A DNA stretch of 64,000 bases. Source: Spirochaetales bacterium. Its GTDB lineage: Bacteria; Spirochaetota; Spirochaetia; JC444; Marispirochaetaceae. Position 1 is the first letter of the stretch, and each line of letters starts with the position of its first letter. Shown here piece by piece: positions 37,084-46,176 of the stretch. The notes under the pieces were generated by a model that had not been told where the DNA came from, ran no database searches, and was given only the letters and a program-made list of their open reading frames with translations. The position numbers were made by a program, and so were the translations under genes. The DNA is taken from assembly GCA_016935695.1 (NCBI GenBank), contig JAFGQL010000173.1, forward strand, positions 1,735 to 65,734, in the 5' to 3' direction.

Positions 37084-37815
37084 ATGGTGCATCCCCTGGT
37101 ATCTTTCGACCTTTCCCCCGAGTGGGCAAAGGCAGTTCATATCGAGAATTTACAGGCCCTGGAGGAAGTCTACCGGGACCTCGACTGTGATATCGCCGAT
37201 TGGCAGCGGACGAGCGATCTTGCCTGTCCGACCGGCTGCGGCCACTGCTGTACCAGGTTTACCCCCGACATTACCGCGGTCGAAGCCGAATACCTGGCCG
37301 TTTTTCTCCTGCAACACTATCCGGAAAAAACAGACAAGTTCGACGGGCTTGAAGGTTCCTCCAGTAAACTTTCCTCCGAAGAGTGTCCGCTGTTTGACCC
37401 GGACTCTGCTTTTCACTGTAGCGTATATGCTGCCCGGCCGCTTGTGTGCCGGCTGTTTGCATTCTCGGGATTCAGGGACAAATCGGGACACAGAAGGTTT
37501 GCTCCATGCAGGCAGATGCCTGTTTCTGATGAGTATTCTGCATTGCAGAAACAGTTTCCTTCTTCTGGTTCCCGCGAGATCGCACCCGATGATTCCATCA
37601 CTTTTCCCCTGTTGGGCGTCTTCGGTTCCCGGGTAGAGGCAGCTGATTTTGAGCCTTCGGCGGAACGGGAATTGCTTCCTTCCGCGGTACTGCGCGCGGT
37701 GAGCAGAATCCGTCTGAAGCGGCAGCTTGCAAGCGGACAGGAGCTTTCCGGTTCAGACACTTCCATTCCTGAGACACCGGTCGATGGCGGGTTTTCCGGC
37801 AGGGATACCGCCTGA
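37084..37815 (+). CDS. YkgJ-family cysteine-cluster protein (CxxCxxCC)
   Basis: CPTGCGHCCTRF motif plus a second cluster ECPLFD...CSVYAARPLVCRLF, as in the UPF0153/YkgJ family. Confidence 0.75.
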   Translation: MVHPLVSFDLSPEWAKAVHIENLQALEEVYRDLDCDIADWQRTSDLACPTGCGHCCTRFTPDITAVEAEYLAVFLLQHYPEKTDKFDGLEGSSSKLSSEECPLFDPDSAFHCSVYAARPLVCRLFAFSGFRDKSGHRRFAPCRQMPVSDEYSALQKQFPSSGSREIAPDDSITFPLLGVFGSRVEAADFEPSAERELLPSAVLRAVSRIRLKRQLASGQELSGSDTSIPETPVDGGFSGRDTA

Positions 37816-37855
37816 TTGCATTGCCCAGGTACAGGGCCTTGAGTATAGTAGAACA

Positions 37856-38704
37856 ATGTCGTTATCGGCTGTCCGCATTCTGTTTTTCAGCCTTCTCTCT
37901 TTTTCTTTCCAATGGTCGGATATATTTCCAGGGAAGAATTGCGATCATGGCGGGTTTTCGGTCATTACCTATAATGTGGGCAATGTGAATGAGGCCTTCC
38001 CGACACCGGCGGAGGTTTTTGAGGTACTCATCACCCCATTACCCGATGTGCTGCTGCTCCAGGAGGTCCGCACCAGGGATTTTGTTGCTGAACTTGCGGC
38101 TCTGTATGCACAAGCGGCCGGAAAACCAGTGGACTTTGAGTATTTTCAGGTAGGTAACGGTGTGGCCATCATAAGTGCCTATCCGTTTGGGCACCGCGGG
38201 CTGATTCCCGGGACTGATCTGTACGGCGGCGGGTTCGCTGTCTGTGAAATAAACGGAGTACATGTCCTTTTGTGCACGGTTCACCTTCCGTATATTCCAA
38301 AGGAACGGGACAGGGAGGGGCAGGTTTCCATGAGTCCCGGGTCCCTTATTCCCACTGTTTTAGAAGAATTCCTTGCCGATACCCCCCGTTCCCGTCTCAT
38401 GGACGAATTGCTGCCGTGGATAACGGACCACCCGGCCGACAGTAAAATCGTTGCGGGAGATTTCAACACGATTCCCTTCAGCCGTGTACAGACTGTCATG
38501 CAACGCGGGTTCACCGACAGTCTTTATCTGAAACGCGATTACCTCTCGTCCAGCTACCGAAAGATATCCATGCCTTTCGGTACCCGCGCCGACTATATTT
38601 TCGCTTCCGGAGAACTGTGCGCCACGGAATCCTTTGTGATACCTGACTCGAAAGGCGACCATTACCCTGTGTACGCCAGGTATGTGTGGAAACAGGGGGA
38701 ATAA
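37856..38704 (+). CDS. endonuclease/exonuclease/phosphatase (EEP) family protein, secreted
   Basis: The internal ATG at 37856 gives the signal-like MSLSAVRILFFSLLSFSF. EEP motifs VITYNVGNVN, LLLQEV, VAGDFNT, SKGDHYPV. Confidence 0.75.
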   Translation: MSLSAVRILFFSLLSFSFQWSDIFPGKNCDHGGFSVITYNVGNVNEAFPTPAEVFEVLITPLPDVLLLQEVRTRDFVAELAALYAQAAGKPVDFEYFQVGNGVAIISAYPFGHRGLIPGTDLYGGGFAVCEINGVHVLLCTVHLPYIPKERDREGQVSMSPGSLIPTVLEEFLADTPRSRLMDELLPWITDHPADSKIVAGDFNTIPFSRVQTVMQRGFTDSLYLKRDYLSSSYRKISMPFGTRADYIFASGELCATESFVIPDSKGDHYPVYARYVWKQGE

Positions 38705-38756
38705 GCTTCTGCTTGACGCACGGAACGGTTATCTATTACGCTTCTGCTTTACAAAC

Positions 38757-38842
38757 GGAGAGATGACGGAGCGGTCGAACGTGCTTGATTCGAAATCAAG
38801 TGTACCCTCGCGGTACCGGGGGTTCGAATCCCCCTCTCTCCG
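38757..38842 (+). tRNA. tRNA-Ser (anticodon CGA)
   Basis: Hand-folded cloverleaf. Acceptor GGAGAGA/TCTCTCC, anticodon stem CTTGA/TCAAG with loop TTCGAAA (anticodon CGA). Long variable arm GTACC-CTCGC-GGTAC. T arm GGGGG-TTCGAAT-CCCCC. Discriminator G, no encoded CCA, followed by a T-run. Confidence 0.9.
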
Positions 38843-38861
38843 TTTTTTTATTGCATGTGTA

Positions 38862-39653
38862 TCAATTTTCAGTCAGTAAGGCAACGATGGCTTCAAATGC
38901 CTTTCCGACCGGTGTCTGGGTGTTCTTGAACGGCGCCCCGCTTCCGTCATCACCGGCGATGACCACCTGGGGATCGAAGGGAATGGCGCCGAGGAAGGGT
39001 ACACTCATTTCTTCTGCCGCCTTTTTTCCTCCCCCGGTTTTAAACAGATCGATATTCTGTCCGCAGTGCGGGCAGGTAAATCCGCTCATGTTCTCTATGA
39101 TGCCAGCAATGGGGAGTTCCAGCTGTTTGCAGAATGTCACCGATTTGCGTACGTCCAGGATGGCCACTTCCTGGGGAGTGGTGACAATGACAGCCCTGGC
39201 ATCCGTAATGGTCTGGGCGACAGTCAGCGGTTCGTCTCCTGTTCCCGGAGGGGAATCTATGACCAGAACGTCAAAGGGCTCCCAGGCCACCTGGGTAAGG
39301 AATTGACGGATAACCCCGGTTTTCATGGGACCGCGCCAGATGATGGCAGAATCGGGGCTCTGGATGAGACTCGATACCGACACGACCTGAAGGTTGGGAG
39401 AATATTTCAAAGGGATGAGTCTGTCCTGTTCCTGGCCCATGCGCTGTCCTTCAAGGCCCAGCATTTTCAGGGTATTGGGCCCGTGGAAATCGGTGTCGAT
39501 CAGGGCAACTTTTTTCCCCGACGCGGCCAGGGCGGCTGCCAGATTGACTGCAACGGTACTTTTACCGACGCCGCCTTTGCCGCTCATGACAAGGTACTTT
39601 GTTTCTATTGTCGCGAGAAATGCTTCGATTTCTCCTTTGTCCTGGGTATGCAT
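38862..39653 (-). CDS. apbC: Mrp/NBP35/ApbC-family iron-sulfur cluster carrier ATPase
   Basis: Deviant Walker A SGKGGVGKSTVAVNLA. CPHCG motif in the C-terminal half. 263 aa. Confidence 0.88.
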   Translation of the reverse strand: MHTQDKGEIEAFLATIETKYLVMSGKGGVGKSTVAVNLAAALAASGKKVALIDTDFHGPNTLKMLGLEGQRMGQEQDRLIPLKYSPNLQVVSVSSLIQSPDSAIIWRGPMKTGVIRQFLTQVAWEPFDVLVIDSPPGTGDEPLTVAQTITDARAVIVTTPQEVAILDVRKSVTFCKQLELPIAGIIENMSGFTCPHCGQNIDLFKTGGGKKAAEEMSVPFLGAIPFDPQVVIAGDDGSGAPFKNTQTPVGKAFEAIVALLTEN

Positions 39654-39821
39654 GTGTATTTCTCCAAAAATGGTTAAGAATGGTGCAGTGGTTCGCGGAA
39701 CGAAGTGTGCATATGCATTTTAACCAGCAACCGCTTTTATGGCAACAGATGAATACTGACTACGGATTTTCTTTGTGCATTTTTACAGGCAGTTTTATTA
39801 TATGACCTGGTTTTTACACTC

Positions 39822-40133
39822 ATGGACTTCGGGGAGCCGGGGTGCTCACGGGTGATTCTGTGCGGGCGTAACGGGAATGAAAATAACAGCATCCACCTGC
39901 GGTTTCAGCATGATGGCGGTGACAATGTCTGTATAGTCGATTTTGCCGGTACCCCGGAGTTATCGGAACAGAGTTTCTCCTTTGAACCGGTGAAAGGTCT
40001 GTGCAAGCTGACACTCATGTTCATGCCGGGAAGCAATTTTGATGTGAAGTGGTTTCAGTTTTTAAAACATAGTACTTTTTTGTGCCTTGCAGGATTCTAT
40101 GTTGCCGGCTTAAGGGCAGTAATGATAGTTTGA
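39822..40133 (+). pseudogene. possible remnant of a carbohydrate-binding module (CBM6/35-like C-terminal end)
   Basis: The ORF has no RBS and no plausible N-terminus. The segment LRFQHDGGDNVCIVDF...FSFEPVKGLCKLTLMFMPGSNFDVKWFQF looks like the last strands of CBM6/35-type modules (G-x-h-x-L-x-L-x-F...F-[DN]-h-x-WF-x-F). The frame then reads through into the next gene's leader. Confidence 0.3.
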
Positions 40134-40153
40134 GGCAGAGAAAAGGAGATGCC

Positions 40154-41125
40154 ATGAAACATTTTTTGTGTGTTTGCGGCCTTGTTCTGAGTCTTCTGGC
40201 GTGCAAGGATGTCTCCCCCGCCGATACGAACCCCGATGCATCGCCGCTACCGCAGGATTCACCTGCAAGTACTCCTCCCCCAGTTGGCAGGATAGTTGAT
40301 CACGAATATGCCACGGTAAGCGGCCTGACCCAGGAGCGCCTGCACCATGCGAAGGACAGCCTGGCAGTCGCATATTGGCATACTTCCCACGGCAGCCAGC
40401 TGATTGTCGGCGTAGGCCAGGAGTGGGACGGCAGTTCGGACATGGATGACTTTTACGGTAGTAATGGCTGGTACGTGCTGGACCTCGCTGCCGGCCCGGC
40501 TGTTGAGGGCGGTTTATACATTGACGAACCCGGTGCGAGCGTTTGCCAGTTTAGCACGGAAGAGGACGGGTGGGACCTCGATATCTCAATAGACCGGTTC
40601 GAATTGGCGGTGCGCGGGTACCTTGATAATCCTGATAATTCACACACGAACGTTGTGATCGCATCATGGTGCGGCGGAGTCAGCGGAGCTTCTGAATCTT
40701 CTATTACCCATTATTTAAATACAATGAACATCCTTGAATCCGATTATCCGGGAATAGTCTTTGTGTATATGACCGGGCATGCAGACGGTAGCGGCCTGGA
40801 CGGCAACCTGCATCTGCGGAACCAGCAGATCCGCGCTTACTGCGAAACCAATAACAAATGGCTGTTTGATTTCTACGATATCGACTGTCATGACCCTGAC
40901 GGTAACTATTTCGGCGACAGGTTTGTCAACGACGAGTGTGAATACGACAACGATTCAAATTCCGGAAACGGCCTTGAGGGCAACTGGGCCCTCGAATGGC
41001 AGACGGCGCATCCAGACGGCTGGTGGGATTGTCCGCCCGATTATCATACCCAGCCCGTTAACCGCAATCAGAAGGCAAAAGCAGCCTGGCAGCTGTGGTG
41101 TCTTATTGCCGAGGCCAGGACATAA
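40154..41125 (+). CDS. lipoprotein, unknown function (acidic, Cys/Trp-rich C-terminal part)
   Basis: RBS AAAGGAG at 40142-40148, then an ATG. MKHFLCVCGLVLSLLACKDV is a signal peptide plus lipobox. Proline-rich linker. No confident family assignment. Confidence 0.6.
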   Translation: MKHFLCVCGLVLSLLACKDVSPADTNPDASPLPQDSPASTPPPVGRIVDHEYATVSGLTQERLHHAKDSLAVAYWHTSHGSQLIVGVGQEWDGSSDMDDFYGSNGWYVLDLAAGPAVEGGLYIDEPGASVCQFSTEEDGWDLDISIDRFELAVRGYLDNPDNSHTNVVIASWCGGVSGASESSITHYLNTMNILESDYPGIVFVYMTGHADGSGLDGNLHLRNQQIRAYCETNNKWLFDFYDIDCHDPDGNYFGDRFVNDECEYDNDSNSGNGLEGNWALEWQTAHPDGWWDCPPDYHTQPVNRNQKAKAAWQLWCLIAEART

Positions 41126-41161
41126 AGGAGGCGTGCGGGATACCTTTTTAAATTTAAGCGG

Positions 41162-41186
41162 ACCCGGCAGAAGTCTCCTGCCGGGT
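41162..41186. terminator. hairpin between convergent genes (no U-tract)
   Basis: ACCCGGCAG-AAGTCTC-CTGCCGGGT, a perfect 9-bp stem, between the stops at 41125 (+) and 41208 (-). Confidence 0.4.
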
Positions 41187-41207
41187 ACATTGCCGCGGTG
41201 TCTGCTC

Positions 41208-41588
41208 TTAGGAATGTTTCCTTGCGAGGGAAACCCCGATGGATATGCTCATTGCGGGCATTACCAGGTACCGCAGGCCGATTTCCGCAAAGTACTGGCC
41301 GATACCCATCCCTGACATAGGTAGCAACACGGCGATATCAAGGAGAATGTTGATGGCGAACCATACTAAGCCGGCGATTGCCCCTTCCTTAATGAAGCTT
41401 TCCTTAATGCTGCCGAAATAAAGGACCAGCAGTATGGCGCCTGATACCGCGCCGATGACGATCATAATCGACTTAAAAAGGAAAACATCGATCACGAGGC
41501 CGTCTTTCGAGTAGAACGGGAAGGACATAACGAAGGGGATAAGCCAGGCCAGGAACCCGAGCAGCGTGGATTTCAAATACAGTTTCAT
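41208..41588 (-). CDS. small integral membrane protein (about 4 TM), unknown function
   Basis: 126 aa, hydrophobic throughout (LLGFLAWLIPFVMSFPF, IMIVIGAVSGAILLVLYF, AIAGLVWFAINILLDIAVLL). Confidence 0.6.
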   Translation of the reverse strand: MKLYLKSTLLGFLAWLIPFVMSFPFYSKDGLVIDVFLFKSIMIVIGAVSGAILLVLYFGSIKESFIKEGAIAGLVWFAINILLDIAVLLPMSGMGIGQYFAEIGLRYLVMPAMSISIGVSLARKHS

Positions 41589-41662
41589 AATAACCTCCAG
41601 AATGTGGAATCATCCTGGGACTAAGAACATGACAGCTGTATGTCGTATTAAAAAAAGATTTT

Positions 41663-42478
41663 TCAGTTTGTGGCCCTCACCGCCCGAATTGCATCACTGA
41701 AGCGTTGGGCGAGTTCCTCCAGATGAGCCTGGACGTCAACCGATCCGTAGAACGCGGGGTCGCCGAGATAGCCGTCTTTTGAAAACGCTGCCATGTTACG
41801 GGAAAACATCCATTCCATATACCGCTCGTTTTCAAGCCTGACCGGGGGCAGCCCTTTGGCGATATCGGAACGAGTAAACTCCGGGTAGTATTGTGCCATC
41901 ACCGCGGTTTCCATATCTCCCGCGTGTATATCCTGTTCCCGCGGGTTGCCCACCGTAATTGTACTGGGGGGTACCGGGCAGACGTTTAAGTCCCTTTCTC
42001 CGACGCCATAGTGGATAAAGATATCCCTCCCGAAGCAAAAACGTGCTCCAAGCGGCAGCGCAGCGTTTGCTTCCTTGAAGGTCTCGAGAATCATGATGTT
42101 ATGTTCGATATCTCCGTGACCGCTTATGCCGTAGGCTTCCTTGAAACCGAAATCCGCCAGAGTGGAAAGAATATCGAACAAAAGGCTTTTCGCCGTTTCC
42201 TTCCGAATCCTGAATGATCCGATGAATCCTTCGGTCGCCTGGCAGATTCCCCATGAAAACGGGGGTGCGATTATTGTGGGTATACCCGATTCTTCCAGCT
42301 GGGCCGCAATGTGCCGGCAACTGATTTCCGCGGTAAACGTATCTGTTCCCAGGCACAGGTGCGGACCGTGTTCTTCAATTACGCCGAGGGGAAGCAGCAC
42401 GAGAGCATTCGCCTCCACTGCATCGCGGACTTCCGTCCACGGCATTTCCATCATCGTTTTTTTCATAATTTTCTCCAT
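41663..42478 (-). CDS. creatininase-family amidohydrolase
   Basis: LLPLGVIEEHGPHLCLGTD and GHGDIEHN motifs typical of the creatinine amidohydrolase/MftE-like family. 271 aa. Confidence 0.78.
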   Translation of the reverse strand: MEKIMKKTMMEMPWTEVRDAVEANALVLLPLGVIEEHGPHLCLGTDTFTAEISCRHIAAQLEESGIPTIIAPPFSWGICQATEGFIGSFRIRKETAKSLLFDILSTLADFGFKEAYGISGHGDIEHNIMILETFKEANAALPLGARFCFGRDIFIHYGVGERDLNVCPVPPSTITVGNPREQDIHAGDMETAVMAQYYPEFTRSDIAKGLPPVRLENERYMEWMFSRNMAAFSKDGYLGDPAFYGSVDVQAHLEELAQRFSDAIRAVRATN

Positions 42479-42750
42479 TGGATTTTCCTTGTACGCATTT
42501 TCATTTTTATGCAGGCGACGTTTTTGCGCAATGGAGATTTCGAATCATAATCGAATTCGGTTTATAGCCCATGCGTTGTCAGATGATTTCTGAATCATGC
42601 TTTAGCATATGCTCACATACAGACCATTTGGTATATTGAATATTATGCCGAAACTTTGCAGAACTCTATAATATACGAATGTCATATTCGCTGTTAGTGT
42701 TTCATAATGTACTGTTCTTCTTTAGCGTGTATACAAAAGGTTAATGAACT

Positions 42751-44352
42751 ATGAAATCATCACTAATAAAGTTTTCATTTTTACCGCTAATGTTTTTCCT
42801 GGCTTGCAGGCTTGATACACTGCACCTTCACAGTGAATCTCAGCTGGACGAAATTGTTCTACCTGCCGAACGAACATCTTACTGGCATGAAGCAGGCGTA
42901 CAGGGAGAAATCCCCGATTATCCTGTCGGCGTAAATGTAACAGATGCTCCTTACAATGCTTCAGGTAATGGAACTGTTGATGATACCGCTGCCATACAGG
43001 CTGCAATTAATGCATGCCCGTCAGAACATGCCGTCTATTTTCCTGCCGGTGATTATCTGACAACCGGAACACTGACCATATCCAAGTCCATCGCTTTACG
43101 TGGAGAAAGCCGCGATACAGTACGGATTCTTCATGACCATTCAGGATACGCAATTCGGCTGGAAGCCGGAGGAGACCGGGCAGGGCTTGAAGATCTCCAT
43201 GTCAAAACTGTATATCTTTTCCTTGATTCCAGCGGGCCCAAAGGGACAAAAATTATTTTCTCCGGAGTCCGTAATTCCTGGATCAGAAACATAGAAACTA
43301 GCGGATATCTTTATCATGCAATATCTTTAATAAATTGTTCATATTGTGAAGTGCGGGACAGCTATGTACACAACTCTTTGGAAAATGCTGAACACGGAGA
43401 TCAAAACGGCGCTTACGGGATAGAGATCGCCGGAAGAGATTCTCTTGCGGCCTATAACCTGGTGGAAAACAATATACTGGACTGGTTCCGTCATTCCATT
43501 ATCCTGCAGGTACATTGCATGAATAATGTGGTGGCATATAATCTTTGCTGGACAAGCTGGGGCTGTCAGGTAACGGGGTGCGGTTATTCAATGACTACCG
43601 ATATCGAGCTGCATCACCCTGATTATGACGATCTTTCCCGGGCAATATATTTTACACTGATAGAGGGCAATGTTGCAGAAAGCCCCGCAGCCCAGAATAA
43701 CAATCACCACAATAATGCCTGGTTCAGAAACAGGATAAACCAGCGAGGGCTGGCAATTATGACGAATAATATCGCCATGAATAATGAATTTACCGAACGA
43801 AAACGCATCGATATTGACAGTACGAATAATATCGGCAGTATTCATGGCGACAGCGTTATGCATGGTAATTATTTCACCGAATCCCCGGGACCCGGGATTT
43901 TCTGGGATGATTCAATTACAGACCGAACATTCCCTGCATCATACTACCTTGATTCCAGACCGGACTGGTTCGGTGACCTGGACTGGCCTTGCTGCGGCGG
44001 TGATCTGATGCCCGGAAACAAACGGCGTAATCCGGCGGAAGTACGCTACTGGACAATGCTTTTTCCGGAAGAAGCACCATCAAATCTGCAGAGCGCTGTT
44101 TCGGGAAATGACATTAACCTGACATGGAACAGCAATTCATCAAACGATGTTGATTTCATAATATGCAGAAGTTCTGACGGCACTGACTACCATAGAATCG
44201 CGGAGACTTCTGCAACAAGTTTTGCCGATACTGTATCGCAAAGCGGAACATACTATTACTACATACGGGCCAGGAATTATCTGGGAGGCGTAGATGGTGA
44301 TGCTATGGGCGGTGAATCTGATCCATCGGAGATCATTCAGGTAGATACATAA
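42751..44352 (+). CDS. secreted right-handed beta-helix (pectate-lyase-3/GH28-related) protein with a C-terminal FN3 domain
   Basis: Signal peptide MKSSLIKFSFLPLMFFLACR. N-terminal YNASGNGTVDDTAAIQAAINAC...VYFPAGDY is the Pectate_lyase_3 signature. C-terminal APSNLQSAVSGNDINLTWNS...GTYYYYIRARN is FN3-like. The gene is AT-rich. Confidence 0.72.
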   Translation: MKSSLIKFSFLPLMFFLACRLDTLHLHSESQLDEIVLPAERTSYWHEAGVQGEIPDYPVGVNVTDAPYNASGNGTVDDTAAIQAAINACPSEHAVYFPAGDYLTTGTLTISKSIALRGESRDTVRILHDHSGYAIRLEAGGDRAGLEDLHVKTVYLFLDSSGPKGTKIIFSGVRNSWIRNIETSGYLYHAISLINCSYCEVRDSYVHNSLENAEHGDQNGAYGIEIAGRDSLAAYNLVENNILDWFRHSIILQVHCMNNVVAYNLCWTSWGCQVTGCGYSMTTDIELHHPDYDDLSRAIYFTLIEGNVAESPAAQNNNHHNNAWFRNRINQRGLAIMTNNIAMNNEFTERKRIDIDSTNNIGSIHGDSVMHGNYFTESPGPGIFWDDSITDRTFPASYYLDSRPDWFGDLDWPCCGGDLMPGNKRRNPAEVRYWTMLFPEEAPSNLQSAVSGNDINLTWNSNSSNDVDFIICRSSDGTDYHRIAETSATSFADTVSQSGTYYYYIRARNYLGGVDGDAMGGESDPSEIIQVDT

Positions 44353-44406
44353 GTATAAGCACACATGCCTGGATCATAATCTGGCATTTTCATCATCGAT
44401 TCCGGT

Positions 44407-45165
44407 TTACAGGACCGCCCACGTTCCCGTTTCGATAACGCGGAATCCGCAGTCAATGAAGGCCTGATTTTCCACGGGGAAATAATGGGAGTAATCGTCA
44501 TTGTGGATCGGAACTGTGACTGCGGGTTTTAGTTCCGCGTTCAGTTTTTTAAGCATTTCCAGCGAAAGAGTGAGTGGGCCGCCTGGTTTTCCTTTCAACA
44601 CTTCTCCCATGTTGGCGATCATCACGTCGACGGCGATTCCTTGCAACGCCTGAAGTAGTTCTTCCCGGTACACCGTGTCCGAAGTAAAATACACGATACG
44701 TCTATCACCGGCTTTTTCAATGGTAATGAGATAACCGTTGACCGGCCCCGCGACGGCGAGGGTCAGGCGGCTGCTTCCGTGGTATGCGGGCACGGCTGTA
44801 ACTGTCACCTTATAATCTTTGATGCGCATAGATTCTGATTTTTTATGTGCGAGTGGTGTTACCGAAGTAAACCCGGTAAAACGTTTTTTCAACCGAGGCT
44901 CGATGATTACCGGTACATCACGGGGAATACAGGCCATACCTTCATCGTCAAGGTGATCAAAATGGCCATGGGTTATGAGCCACAGGTCCACCGCTTTCCA
45001 GTCTTTTTCGACATAGGAAGGATCTTTCACGCGTTCGGATGTCATAAACCTGCCTTTCGTCACGGTTCCCGCGGGGGAAAGAAACGGATCAATGCCGATG
45101 GTAAGTGTATCGTCGATGCGCAGGAGACAACAGGCTCCTCCGACGTTAAATAGTGAGATTTTCAT
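44407..45165 (-). CDS. MBL-fold metallo-hydrolase
   Basis: HxHxDH motif ITHGHFDHLDD. 252 aa. Confidence 0.8.
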   Translation of the reverse strand: MKISLFNVGGACCLLRIDDTLTIGIDPFLSPAGTVTKGRFMTSERVKDPSYVEKDWKAVDLWLITHGHFDHLDDEGMACIPRDVPVIIEPRLKKRFTGFTSVTPLAHKKSESMRIKDYKVTVTAVPAYHGSSRLTLAVAGPVNGYLITIEKAGDRRIVYFTSDTVYREELLQALQGIAVDVMIANMGEVLKGKPGGPLTLSLEMLKKLNAELKPAVTVPIHNDDYSHYFPVENQAFIDCGFRVIETGTWAVL

Positions 45166-45205
45166 GGTTCCTCCGTTGAATAATGTTAGCGATAGAGGGT
45201 GTGTG

Positions 45206-46165
45206 TTAATTGTCTGTGGTGTTCAGTTTTTTGTCCGTATGCTTCAATTTAGACCGTTTTCTGTATTCGAGAGGGCTTATGCCGTATTCGGATTTGAATG
45301 CTCGGCTGAAATGGGCGGTCTCCTTGAAACCGCAGGCGAGGGCGATTTCCGTTACCGGGTTTTTGGATAGCAGCAACTGGTTCCTCGCTTTCTCGAGGCG
45401 TTTCTTCTTTATCCAGCCGGAGGGTGCTGCTCCGTAATTCTCCTTAAAATATCTATTGAGGGATGAGAAACTCATGTTCGTCAGTTTCGCCATACGTTCG
45501 CCCGAGAGCTCCTCGCCAAAATGTTCCAGGAGAATTGTCCCCGGTGAGGTGGCTGCAGCGCCTGCGGCCGTTACCAGAAACCCCAGCAGCGATTCTGATT
45601 TTGTACTGGACAAGAGGGTAATAAACAGCTGGTGCAGCCCGAGGCGGGTGTTGCAGGGTGTAAATAGCGGATCCTTAAAAACCGTTTCCGTTACCGATAT
45701 GAATTGGGCGTGGACAGCGGGAGTGAGTAAAACCGTCCATATGTCGACCGGATCCGTTTGTGAAGACGCACTTGATAAGTTCTGCGCGAGGAATTCCTTA
45801 AAAAAACTTTCTTCCGCCGATATCCGGATATACCGCGTTGATTTTGAAAAAGCCAGCTCGTATTCACCCTGGTTCAGCATCAGTAGAAAGCCGGGTACAA
45901 CGCGGTATGTGGTTCCGTTGATTGTGAGGGTTCCTTCCCCCTTGGTAATGATAATAAGAAGCGGCGTATCTGCAGATTCTGTCGTGATTTTTAAGGTCGA
46001 TTGAATTTCTGAAATGTCGATTTTATATGGCGAAGTCTCGGATTGGGGTACCGCGGCATGCTTTAGAACCATCTCGTAAGTTGTATCATAACGGGAGAAA
46101 TTAATCCTTGGGTTTAGATCCCGTGCTATATTGTTTCGTGTGAGGAGCTGTTCATTCCGAGACAT
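45206..46165 (-). CDS. AraC-family transcriptional regulator (cupin-like N-domain + HTH)
   Basis: C-terminal double HTH MAKLTNMSFSSLNRYFKENYG...IALACGFKETAHFSRAFKSEYGISP. Confidence 0.85.
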   Translation of the reverse strand: MSRNEQLLTRNNIARDLNPRINFSRYDTTYEMVLKHAAVPQSETSPYKIDISEIQSTLKITTESADTPLLIIITKGEGTLTINGTTYRVVPGFLLMLNQGEYELAFSKSTRYIRISAEESFFKEFLAQNLSSASSQTDPVDIWTVLLTPAVHAQFISVTETVFKDPLFTPCNTRLGLHQLFITLLSSTKSESLLGFLVTAAGAAATSPGTILLEHFGEELSGERMAKLTNMSFSSLNRYFKENYGAAPSGWIKKKRLEKARNQLLLSKNPVTEIALACGFKETAHFSRAFKSEYGISPLEYRKRSKLKHTDKKLNTTDN

Positions 46166-46176
46166 CGAATGGACAT

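Noticed and set aside
42539-42546. TTCGAATC, identical to the T-loop region of the tRNA-Ser at 38757-38842, considered as a possible attachment-site repeat bounding an island that starts at the tRNA.
   Set aside because: The match is only 8 nt, well within chance. No integrase is present. A core gene (apbC/mrp) lies directly next to the tRNA.
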